64,000 nucleotides of DNA from Octopus sinensis (Eukaryota), in NCBI RefSeq assembly GCF_006345805.1, contig NC_042999.1, positions 54,932,001 to 54,996,000 of the forward strand, in the 5' to 3' direction. The notes beneath the pieces were generated by a model. The model saw nothing but the letters and a program-made list of their open reading frames with translations. It was not told the DNA's origin and ran no database searches. Both the position numbers and the translations under genes were made by a program. Below are positions 40,301 through 48,056 of this stretch, one piece after another (the first letter of the stretch is position 1; each line of letters begins with the position of its first letter).

Positions 40301-41550
40301 TATCTGATTAAGGGTATTGCTCTTGAATTTATTGCTTCAATAAGATTTTTGGGATTCAGCTTTGACTACAATTGTCTTATCCTCTTTGTGAACTCTCTAC
40401 TGGTAATTATTAATGTTATTATTATTTTTATCATTATTGAGTGAGAGAGCAGTGCATGCCATCAAAGTGACACTGGGGTAAAATATACGAAGCCCAGTAT
40501 ACCCATCATGACTACCCGTCTGATAACGGTACACTAGGCACATGCATCACCACCATATGTGCGCAACATGGTGATCTCATATCAAGATAAACAGCACATG
40601 ACCTTGCAGGTGGGGCCCAGTTAGAATTTTCTTTTGGTCGAATAACCCATCCCGCTCAAAAGGTCCCTGAATAAGGATTGTTTAAGGATGTTGAACGAAA
40701 CGCACATGTTTCAAGAGGTGAAATATTCAAACCCCAAAGAATCCCTCTCAACACATGGCTATGATGCTCCCCTACTACTTCTGTTTGTGATCAGAGATGC
40801 ACATATCGTCAGCCACTAAGGGACATGCTCAACTGGTTACGGTGAAACAACTAACAAGCAAATCTGTGGTATTGAGCTGAATATTTGCTGTAGCCCATCT
40901 TTTATACCAAGACAAAACAATGTACATGATAAAACTTCCAATCAGTTAAGACAGAAGCCATGAGAGCCACTGCCTGGTACTGCATCAAGGCATTTTATTA
41001 TTATTATTTTTATTATTATTATTAAGGTGGTGAGCTGGCAGAATCGTTTGTAAACTGAGAAAAATACTTAGTGACATTTCATCGATCTTAAAGTTCTGAG
41101 CTCAAATTCTGCAGGGGTCAACTTTACCTTTCATCCTTTTGGAGTCGATAAAATAAATACCAGTTGAACACAGGGGTCAATGTAATCGACTTACCCCCTC
41201 CCCCGATCTTGCTGGCCTTGTGCCAAAATTGGAAATCATTATTTTTATTTTACTTATACTTTTTTTTTTTTTTTTTTTTCAAATTTGCTGCATTCCAAAT
41301 TGTTGCTCAAACATGTCTGTAATCCATGTTTGCTATTTATTATTAGTCTGCACTGCTGGGTTCTTTGGAATTGGTTGCCAACAACGCTGCCGGTGTCTAA
41401 ATGAAGGAGATTGCAACCCTATCAATGGTTCCTGTAACTGCAAAAGTGGTTGGATGGGAAAATCTTGTGAAAAACGTGAGTTTGTTTGATTTCCATTCAA
41501 GAAATTGTTTTACCATGAATCTCATTGCCAAAGTGTTATACTGTCGTTAA

Positions 41551-41588
<38 letters not shown>

Positions 41589-42621
41589 ACCCTTGTGGCA
41601 AATAAATGAAATCATCAGCATCATCGTCATCATCATTATTATTAAGGTGGCGAATTGGCAGAACCATTAGCATGCTGGACGAATTGCATAGCAGCATTTT
41701 GCCCATCGCTATGTTCTGAGTTCAAATTCCACCAAGGTTGACTTCGCTTTCCATCCTTTCAGGGTCGATTAAATAAGTACCAGTGAAACATTGAGGTTGA
41801 TGTAATCAACTAGTCCCCTCCCCCAAAATTTCAGGCCTTGTGCCTATAATAGAAAGGATTATTATTATTATTCTATGTTTGACTTTTGCTTTACATTTGT
41901 ACAAGTTGGTTCCAAGTCTCACCCAGAGACCTCAAGAGACAAGTTGGAAGTTCATGTTGGTGTTATGCCTAGGGTGCCATATATTTGGTTTTGTACTTAG
42001 TGTTGTACTAGTGAATGTTTAAGAAACCATAAGAAAATTATGTTTGTTTTAAAACTTGAGATTACATAGAAAGTATTTTGCGTTGGATATGAGCAGTTCC
42101 CATGAGCACTAGCTTTTGAATTTCTGACATTTTGAGGTTTCCTGGTATCTGAGCTAGGTAGCAATCAGCCCATTATTATTATTATTATTATTATTATTAT
42201 CATTATTATTATTATTACTGCCTTTGCACAGCTTCTAACACTGGAGATATACTACAGTGTCAGCTGTTCACTACCAGTGAACCCCTCTTATTTTTCGAGC
42301 ACCTTCCGGAGTATTCGAGCGGTTCCAAGCAGTGCTGTTTTCTGCAAATGCTCCACCCTTATTGCAGCTCTTATTTGTTCCACGTAGTTCCCAAGATTTT
42401 CGCTCACTGTTCCCAGGGGTCTGACACTTATTGGTACTACTACCACCTTTTTCATCGACCACAACTGCTCAACTTCCCAAGCTAACCTGTCATATCTCTC
42501 GACTTTTTTTTCTTCCTTATTGCATACCATGTTATCAGCTGAGCATGTTATATCTATGATCCAGCATAGTTTGTTTTCTTTCTCTATTAAGACTATGTCC
42601 GGCTTTTTATTATTATTATTA

Positions 42622-42659
<38 letters not shown>

Positions 42660-42836
42660 CATTGTCTTTATTATTATTATTATTATTATTATTTTATCCT
42701 GCCAAGGTTAACTTTGCCTTTCATCCTTTCGGGGTCGATAAATTAAGTACCAGTGAAACACTGAGGTTGGGTCTGTAATTGACTTATCCCCTCCTCCAAA
42801 ATAGCTGCTCTTGTGGTGAAATTTGAAACCACCACC

Positions 42837-42870
<34 letters not shown>

Positions 42871-42899
42871 TGTTGTTGTTGTTGTTGTTGCTGTTGTTG

Positions 42900-42939
<40 letters not shown>

Positions 42940-43776
42940 GAAAGGATGTCCCAGAAACACGTACGGACGCAACTGTGAACAGCTTTGTCGCTGTGCCAAT
43001 GGTGGAGACTGTGATCCAGAAACAGGGGAATGTAGTTGTGACGATGGTTACACTGGAAGATTCTGTGAAAACAGTAAGTTTTTCTGTCTTTCTCACACAC
43101 CTCACCCCTATCCCATACCCCTCCACTACATACCTCACCTCTAACCCCACCCTCTAGCTACACCCACAACCCCCACTCCTACCACAACACCCACACCATA
43201 CACATTACACACCACCAACACACCACCCACAGCACACCACCACAAACACTCACACCCATCTTTACACCTACACATCATACACTATCACATCACAGCACAC
43301 CACCCACACACCTATCCCCACATCTTTACACCTACACATACATACACATATCACATCACAACACACCCACCCACACACCCATCCCCACATCGCCACACCC
43401 ACACATACATACACGCACACATCCAGACCACCAGCCCTCTTTCACACGCACATACATGCTCTCTTATACACACATGCACCTTTGAGTTGGGGGCACCTTC
43501 GTATTGGAAGTCACTTGACCCTGTTATCTCCCCTACTGTCCCTCTCGCATCTGACCACTGTCCGAAGTCAGGACGCCATGATAGATCGTTAGCTCCTACG
43601 CACATTTTTTTCTCTCCTTGTTTTTTTTCTGTGTATCTTTCTGTCGAAGAGCATAGGCTCGAAACGTAAAAGACTTGCTCTATTTCTATTCCTGAGCGCC
43701 ATACTAATACATTTGTTTGTTTGTACTCCATCTGCCTTCGTCTTTTGTTTATTTTCGTAAACTTTCCCGTTTATAT

Positions 43777-43816
<40 letters not shown>

Positions 43817-43822
43817 GTGGTG

Positions 43823-43857
<35 letters not shown>

Positions 43858-44202
43858 AATGTGTATATATATATATGTGTATATATATTGTGTGTGTGTA
43901 TATATGTATATATTGTGTGTGTGTGTGTGTGTGTATAGTTTTATGTATGTATATGTGTTTATATTTATATATATATGTGTGTGTGTAGTGTATATATATT
44001 TATGTATGTATGTATATATATATATATATGTGTGTGTGTGTATATATGTATGTGTATATATATGTATCGAAGAGCGTAGGCTCGAAACGTAAAAGACTTG
44101 TTTTATTTCTATTCCTGAGCGCTATACTAATGCATTTGTTTGTTTGTACTCCACCTTCCTTCGTCTTTTGTTTATTTTCGTAAACCTTCCCGTTATATAT
44201 AT

Positions 44203-44235
<33 letters not shown>

Positions 44236-46204
44236 GTGTGTGTGTGTGTGTGTCATGTGGGCATGTATGTATATCTATTCTACAGACATGATATGAAAAA
44301 CTTCTCTCTCTCTTCTCTCTGACTCTTTCTCATCTTCTCTTCCTTTCTCTCTGTCTTTCTCTCTCTTCCTTGCTATCTCTCTATCCATTCATCCATCTGC
44401 CTCACTCTCCCATTTGTTCTCTCTATTTTTTCTATATTTTTCTCCTTTCTTCTCTCTCTCTTTCTCTCCCCCACACATTTCTTTCTCCTTCTCCCTCCCA
44501 TCTTCCCTCCCCATCATTTCTATCTCCAAGCAGCTTGTGTTTGCGCATGTGTGTGCACATGTGTGTGTGCACATGTGTGTGTGCGCATGTGTGTGTGTGT
44601 GCACACGTGTGTGTGTGTGCACACGTGTGTGTGTGTGCACACGTGTGTGTGTGTGCACACGTGTGTGTGTGTGCACACGTGTGTGTGTGTGCACACGTGT
44701 GTGTGTGTGTGTGTGTGTACATACACCCACAAATGTGGGAGAAGAAGGATTAAATGATATGAGGAAGGGAGAAAGGAAGAGGTACAAATGATTTGGAGTG
44801 AGAGGGAATTGTATGAGGGAAGCAAAGGATACAAGAAATAGTAAGAATTTTATCTAAGGTGGCACGCTGGCAGAATCAATGACACGCCAGTCAAAATGCT
44901 TAGCAGTATTCCGTCTGCTGTTATGTTCTGAGTTCAAATTCCACTGAGGTCAACTTTGCCTTTCGTCCTTTCGGGGTCAATTAAATAAGTACCAGTTATG
45001 CACTGGTGTCGATATAATCGATTTAATCCGTTTGTCTGTCCTTGTTTGTCCTCTTTGTGTTTAGCCCCTTGTGGGTAGTAAAGAAACAGTTATTTCGTCT
45101 GCCGCTACGTTCTGAGTTCAAATTCTGCCGAGGTCAACTTTGCCTTTCATCATTTTGGGGTGGATAAAATAAGTACCAGTTACGCACTTGGGTTGATGTA
45201 AATGACTTACTCCCTCCCCCAGACTTACTCCTCCCTTGCACCAGAATTGGAAACTAGTAACTTGTAATCATTTATTTTCTTTCAGAATGTTCAAGAGGTT
45301 TCTTTGGGAAAAATTGTGAAAATAAATGTAAATGCAAGAACAATGCCAGCTGCCAACATACGACGGGTCGCTGTTTGTGTACGACAGGATGGAGGGGAAG
45401 ACACTGTGATAAAGGTAAGTCCCTCGATTACAATGCTTGCGAGCTGGCATAATTGCAAAGGGTGGCGAGCTGGCAGAATCATTAGCACACCGAGCGAAAT
45501 GCGTAGCCATATTGCGTCTGCCGTTACGTTCTGAGTTCAAATTCCGCTGATCTCGACTTTGCCTTTCATCCTTTCGGGGTCGATAAATTAAGTACCAGTT
45601 ATGCACTGGGGTCGATATAATCGACTTAATTCATTTGTCTGTCCTTGTTTGTCCTCTCTGTGTTTAGCCCCTTGTGGGTAGTAAAGAAATCGATTACAAT
45701 GCTTGCCATCCACCATTTCACTGATTTATTTAGCCATCTATCTAGTTATTTCTATATCTATTTATCCATCTCTATAAATTCATCAGTCTAACACACATGG
45801 ACATGCCTCCTTCAAAGTCAGAAAACGGCACAGCTCCCATGACTTTCACAAACATTTTTTCACACTGAGTCAAGTACATCAACATCAACAGCAATATCAA
45901 AATCAAATCAAATGGAAATTGTAGTTGTGAGCCTTCCTAACGCCAACCACTCCGAAGTGGTTGGCGTTAGGAAGGGCATCCAGCTGTAGAGATCCTGCCA
46001 GATCAGATTGGGGCCTAGTGCAGCCTCCTGGCTTCCCAGACACCAGCCGAATCATCCAACCCATGCCAGCATGGAAAATGGGCGTTAAACGATGATGATG
46101 ATGATGATGATGACAACGACGGCGGCGGCGGACATGCATGCATGCATGCATACGGACAGACAGATATACAGTAGGCATATGATACTGTGGTGTTAGTTTG
46201 CCAC

Positions 46205-46248
<44 letters not shown>

Positions 46249-47440
46249 AATGCTCACACATGCAAAAAAATTTATAAATATGTCTTATTTTTTCTTTTTC
46301 TGTTTTCCTCTGCAGTCTGTATTCCAGGGTTTTATGGTGAAGAATGTTCCAAAATGTGTAAATGCCATAAAGGTGAACCTTGTGACCATATTACTGGCAA
46401 ATGTAATTGTCCACCAGGGTATACAGGACACGGCTGTCATCAAAGTAAGTAAAACAATATTTATCAATTCTGCTTCAAATGGGGACATTTCTCTCATAAG
46501 TAAAATAGGGGTCTCAGTGGGACTACTTGACCTGCATGAAATAGCAGCTATGTCACCCTCTCATATCACACCTTATTGTCTGTATGGCACCTTGGGCAAG
46601 TGTCTTCTATAGCCTCAGGCTGACTAAGGCCTTATAAGTGGGTTTCATAGATGGAAACTGAAAGCCTGTCATGTATGTGTGTGTGTCTGTGTTTACGTCC
46701 CCATAACTTAGCTGTTTGGTGAAAGAGACTGATAGAATAATTACCAGGCTTTTAGAAAAAGTACCAGGGTCAATTTCTCTGACTAAAAATTCTTCATGGC
46801 CACAAAGAAAGAAGTAAAAAGACAATGCCATCATGTACATGTGGCCCCAAACAACAGTACTAAACATGTCTAAATATACATCATGGTCCAACATGGGAGA
46901 TACCATAACTAAACATTTATAAACCATTGTGCCACTGCCACATAAAAAAGCTCCAGGTACACTCTGCTAGGTGGTGGCATTAGGAAGGGCATCCAATCAT
47001 AGAAATTGTGCCAAAAGCGACAACTAGAGACTCAGTAGCTCTCCAGCCATGCCATCTCCTGTCAAACCATCATGGAAACTAGACATTACATGATGATGAT
47101 GATGATGATGAATATGGTTTACGCATGGTAGATGACGGTATCTCTATTATCATTGAATCAACATCATTAGCTAAAGTTCCATTCTTTAATTGGTTAAACG
47201 AGAAGAAATGAGACAAAGTTTGTTGGTTGAGAAAAAAAAAACAATTTAATTAATTTAATCATAAATTATGAACTAATAATTTACCATTTCTTTAATCTTT
47301 TACTTTTGCAGCATGTCCACCACGCACCTATGGTGCCGGGTGCAAGAAAAAATGCAACTGCGGTCGGAAGTCAGTCTGTGACCACGTTACTGGCAAATGC
47401 ACCTGTAAATCTGGACGGAAAGGCAAAGATTGTAACCGAA
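1967..47440 (+). CDS. MEGF6: MEGF6-like multiple EGF-like domain protein, partial spliced CDS: join(1967-2071,15183-15325,19450-19782,22019-22205,23943-24068,25256-25384,29584-29712,32346-32474,34513-34899,41347-41475,42945-43073,45286-45414,46316-46444,47312-47440)
   Basis: All 14 exons have AG/GT boundaries with compatible phases and give one open 2313-nt frame of tandem 8-Cys EGF/laminin-type repeats. The order of irregular repeats (linker, [47 protein letters not shown]) parallels human MEGF6 as recalled (TCDDCRNGGTC, GCPKGYYG, CQCVQPHTQSCDKRDGSC, GECGKRCPAG). Orthology is from memory, not a search. Confidence 0.85.
4275..4590. repeat. Compound (CA)n + (CT)n microsatellite
   Basis: Directly visible. 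Confidence 0.97.
7125..7475 (+). mobile_element. Family C: RTE 3'-tail retroposon with an internal ~61-bp VNTR (representative)
   Basis: (GCCGGTGGCACGTAAAAAGCACC...)x3, then GTTGGCATTAGGAAGG...GCATGGAAAGC and a (GAT)n tail. Other copies at about 9733-10095, 20906-21225, 25465-25770, 33373-33830, 35705-36058, 37659-38045 and 61970-62250 (-), and 45932-46110, 51330-51775, 54190-54515, 55585-56380 and 61205-61540 (+). Confidence 0.85.
7895..7933 (-). ncRNA. Degenerate minimal type-I hammerhead ribozyme motif
   Basis: AUUG CUGAGGA GGUC-UAACAU-GACA GAAA CAUG UC^UAGU; palindromic ACAUGU stem III. Confidence 0.55.
10296..10500 (-). mobile_element. Family D: (TA)n-embedded element with a hammerhead-like motif
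   Basis: Reverse complement of 43581-43772 and 44067-44193; (TA)n on both sides. Confidence 0.75.
10394..10431 (-). ncRNA. Hammerhead-like motif (family D)
   Basis: UCUUU CUGGCGA A GAGC-GUAG-GCUC GAAA CG UA^AAAGA; A6 of the core replaced by G. Confidence 0.6.
11878..12262 (+). mobile_element. Family A tRNA/CORE-type SINE (representative)
   Basis: GGCGTAGGAGTGGCTGTGTGGTAAG...GGTTCAGTCC...TTGGGCAAGTGTCTT...(TA)/(TG)...(AAGAGTA)n tail. Other copies at about 9250-9633, 18956-19337, 28272-28681 and 52726-53124 (+), 56865-57270 and 10140-10250 (-), plus degenerate ones. Confidence 0.85.
12465..12694 (-). mobile_element. Family B tRNA-type SINE (representative) with 18-bp TSD
   Basis: GGCGGCGAGCTGGCAGAA...GAGTTCAAATTC head; CTGACATTCTGTATTCTT at 12447-12464 and 12704-12721. 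Other copies at about 3816-4046, 17020-17170, 48760-49205 and 50815-51010 (-), and 27225-27430, 28060-28250, 28717-28942, 32570-32810, 41026-41240, 41646-41860, 44856-45240 and 49585-49760 (+). Confidence 0.85.
15183..15325 (+). CDS. MEGF6: MEGF6-like EGF exon
   Basis: ttctAG|AATGT...CGCCAG|GTgtgt; [48 protein letters not shown]; phase 1-0. Confidence 0.92.
16380..16905. repeat. Purine-rich (GA) low-complexity tract
   Basis: Strong A/G strand bias without a fixed period; similar biased tracts at about 43150-43460, 44300-44520 and 62260-62640. Confidence 0.8.
17867..18385 (+). mobile_element. Family F: about 555-bp (TAA)n-embedded non-coding element, 5'-truncated copy
   Basis: Near-identical to the reverse complement of 27461-28017 and 40438-40993; (TAA)n on both flanks. 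Confidence 0.85.
18400..18930 (-). mobile_element. CR1/L2-clade LINE 3' remnant
   Basis: Frameshifted [13 protein letters not shown]...[15 protein letters not shown]...SFK, matching the FFxxRVxxxWNxLP...FK C-terminal motif of CR1-type ORF2. Confidence 0.75.
19450..19782 (+). CDS. MEGF6: MEGF6-like EGF exon
   Basis: cttAG|GGT...CCTAAA|GTaagt; 333 nt, phase 0-0; [54 protein letters not shown]...[14 protein letters not shown]. Confidence 0.95.
22019..22205 (+). CDS. MEGF6: MEGF6-like EGF exon
   Basis: tttcAG|AAT...AAAG|GTgag; [62 protein letters not shown]; phase 0-1. Confidence 0.95.
22555..22803 (-). mobile_element. Family E: tRNA-headed SINE with a hammerhead-containing tail
   Basis: A-box-like TAGTGGTTA, B-box GTTCGATTCC (22745-22754), (AAT)n linker, then a CTGATGA/GAAA motif. 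Confidence 0.75.
22617..22662 (-). ncRNA. Minimal type-I hammerhead motif (family E)
   Basis: GACAC CUGAUGA A GGCUG-GAUGGUAUAU-CAGCC GAAA AG UU^GUGUU. Confidence 0.7.
23561..23607 (+). ncRNA. Minimal type-I hammerhead motif, sense to the MEGF6-like pre-mRNA
   Basis: AAAACUGU CUGAUGA ACG-GCAA-CGG GAAA CUCAGAG UA^ACAG(G)UUUU. Confidence 0.7.
23943..24068 (+). CDS. MEGF6: MEGF6-like EGF exon (126 nt)
   Basis: ttcAG|TC...CAAG|GTatg; [42 protein letters not shown]. Confidence 0.95.
25256..25384 (+). CDS. MEGF6: MEGF6-like EGF exon (129 nt)
   Basis: tacAG|AA...CAAG|GTtag; [43 protein letters not shown]. Confidence 0.95.
26236..26495. repeat. Compound (TTA)n/(TCA)n trinucleotide microsatellite
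   Basis: Directly visible; the source of the poly-Y/H/L/I ORFs in the track. Confidence 0.97.
26495..27210 (+). mobile_element. Possible Helentron/DINE-1-like non-autonomous element containing a foldback segment
   Basis: Right end GCCTTGGTGGAGGT followed by a short hairpin GCGCTCTCTGAGTGC and T-rich flank; degenerate left sub-terminal repeat ACCTT..AAGGCCGAGGT. Confidence 0.4.
26847..27121. repeat. Long near-perfect inverted repeat (about 130-bp arms, 15-nt loop)
   Basis: 26847-26976 is the reverse complement of 26992-27121 with few mismatches; a single-arm copy lies at about 37427-37580. Confidence 0.9.
27461..28017 (-). mobile_element. Family F element, full-length copy
   Basis: TGAGTGAGAG...CATCAGGGCA between (TTA)n arrays. 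Confidence 0.85.
29310..29485 (+). mobile_element. CR1-like LINE 3' remnant
   Basis: [34 protein letters not shown]. Confidence 0.55.
29584..29712 (+). CDS. MEGF6: MEGF6-like EGF exon (129 nt)
   Basis: ttcAG|AA...AGAA|GTaag; [43 protein letters not shown]. Confidence 0.95.
31612..32050 (-). mobile_element. RTE-clade (BovB-like) LINE ORF2 C-terminal remnant
   Basis: [16 protein letters not shown]...GGQ / [27 protein letters not shown]...[16 protein letters not shown] (terminal C2H2-like motif). Confidence 0.8.
32346..32474 (+). CDS. MEGF6: MEGF6-like EGF exon (129 nt)
   Basis: tgtAG|TG...GAAC|GTaag; [43 protein letters not shown]. Confidence 0.95.
33185..33368. mobile_element. piggyBac-type MITE (second family) nested in an RTE tail
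   Basis: 9-bp TIR CCCCTTACC/GGTAAGGGG; TTAA at 33181-33184 and 33369-33372. Confidence 0.8.
34513..34899 (+). CDS. MEGF6: MEGF6-like EGF exon (387 nt = 3 x 129)
   Basis: tctAG|GA...AAAG|GTaag; [48 protein letters not shown]...[14 protein letters not shown]. Confidence 0.95.
34945..35530 (-). mobile_element. R4/Dong-like RLE-type non-LTR retrotransposon 3' remnant
   Basis: [38 protein letters not shown]...LIDISIP...[11 protein letters not shown]...[20 protein letters not shown]; restriction-like endonuclease domain with stops. Confidence 0.8.
36239..36598 (+). mobile_element. Non-autonomous Helitron
   Basis: A|TC 5' end, 3' hairpin (ACTAGCACTGTGACC...GGTCATAGTGCTAGT with inner GGC-AAC-GCC), terminal CTAG|T, no TSD. 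Confidence 0.7.
38499..38882. mobile_element. Mariner transposase C-terminal remnant in a head-to-head rearrangement
   Basis: + strand [41 protein letters not shown] (38758-38882); - strand [41 protein letters not shown] plus a TIR-like end near 38499. Confidence 0.8.
39175..40410 (-). mobile_element. R4/Dong-like RLE-type non-LTR retrotransposon remnant
   Basis: [22 protein letters not shown]...[32 protein letters not shown]; QHIVAEC..L; [11 protein letters not shown]; [18 protein letters not shown]. Confidence 0.85.
40438..40993 (-). mobile_element. Family F element, full-length copy
   Basis: Same sequence and flanks; abuts the 5' end of the Dong-like remnant at 39175-40410. Confidence 0.85.
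41347..41475 (+). CDS. MEGF6: MEGF6-like EGF exon (129 nt)
   Basis: attAG|TC...AAAC|GTgag; [43 protein letters not shown]. Confidence 0.93.
42217..42605 (-). mobile_element. R4/Dong-like retrotransposon, 5'-truncated, embedded in (TAA)n
   Basis: Open [24 protein letters not shown]...[12 protein letters not shown]...[10 protein letters not shown]...[19 protein letters not shown]; (TTA)n arrays on both sides. Confidence 0.85.
42945..43073 (+). CDS. MEGF6: MEGF6-like EGF exon (129 nt)
   Basis: atgaaAG|GA...AACA|GTaag; [43 protein letters not shown]; atypical acceptor context. Confidence 0.92.
43581..44193 (+). mobile_element. Family D tandem copies (43581-43772 and 44067-44193) separated by (TA)/(TG) repeats
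   Basis: Shared GAAGAGC.TAGGCTCGAAACGTAAAAGACTTG...GTACTCCA..TGCCTTCGTC...CCCGTT. Confidence 0.75.
43636..43673 (+). ncRNA. Hammerhead-like motif (family D), sense strand
   Basis: UCUUU CUGUCGA A GAGC-AUAG-GCUC GAAA CG UA^AAAGA; A6 of the core replaced by U. Confidence 0.6.
44545..44720. repeat. Alternating purine-pyrimidine tract with six 18-bp GCACACGTGTGTGTGTGT units
   Basis: Units start at 44601, 44619, 44637, 44655, 44673 and 44691. Confidence 0.95.
45286..45414 (+). CDS. MEGF6: MEGF6-like EGF exon (129 nt)
   Basis: ttcAG|AA...AAAG|GTaag; [43 protein letters not shown]. Confidence 0.95.
45441..45689 (+). mobile_element. Family B SINE with 17-bp TSD, 26 nt after an exon donor site
   Basis: TCGATTACAATGCTTGC at 45424-45440 and 45690-45706. 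Confidence 0.85.
46316..46444 (+). CDS. MEGF6: MEGF6-like EGF exon (129 nt)
   Basis: tgcAG|TC...CAAA|GTaag; [43 protein letters not shown]. Confidence 0.95.
47312..47440 (+). CDS. MEGF6: MEGF6-like EGF exon (129 nt), last clear EGF module in the window
   Basis: tgcAG|CA...CGAA|GTaag; [43 protein letters not shown]. Confidence 0.95.
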
Positions 47441-47959
47441 GTAAGTGGAATAATTCCTATAATATTTGACACCAAAATAATGGCATGGCATAATTATATT
47501 ACACACACATATACAAGCATGTATACACTTTTTGCACTCATACAAACACACAAATGATTGCAAAATATTCCAGAACAAAAAGCATGAGTAATTTTGGTTT
47601 TCCTGTTTGGTGAACTAAACCATTCTTTGTAAAACTGCTGTGGTAGATATTTTCTTGTAGACTATTCTTATAAGCCCCTTTGATTCATTCACAAGTAAAT
47701 TCTTTGTTTGGACAATTTATTAATTTAATGGAACTGATTGGCATTAGGAAATGTCATAGCAGAAATAGGATGTAATAATGTTGTTCATAGCCATTTGTCT
47801 GGACAAGAGAGACCTTAATTTAAAGCTCATAAGAGGTAAGTCAGGTCAGGTTGGAGTCAGGTCCATCGGTCGGTCAAATTATATATAAAATGAATCAAGC
47901 ATTCAACTAAAGGAAACACTTTACTTTGTTGTAGAGGGCATATTTATTTACTTTTAAAA

Positions 47960-48056
47960 GGAAAAGGTGGACAGTGACTTTGAAGTTGCACCATGCTTGC
48001 CTTTGTCACAGAGACGAGCATGGTGGGACTTCAAAGGGTCACTGTCAACATTTTTC
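47960..48056 (+). ncRNA. Candidate intronic pre-miRNA hairpin
   Basis: Imperfect stem of about 35 bp in non-repetitive sequence; GU wobbles favour the + strand; no known miRNA recognised. Confidence 0.45.

Noticed and set aside
1967-47440. MEGF10/11/Draper or scavenger-receptor-F assignment
   Set aside because: The linker plus the order of irregular repeats fits MEGF6 better, and no transmembrane exon was seen; this is unverified by search.
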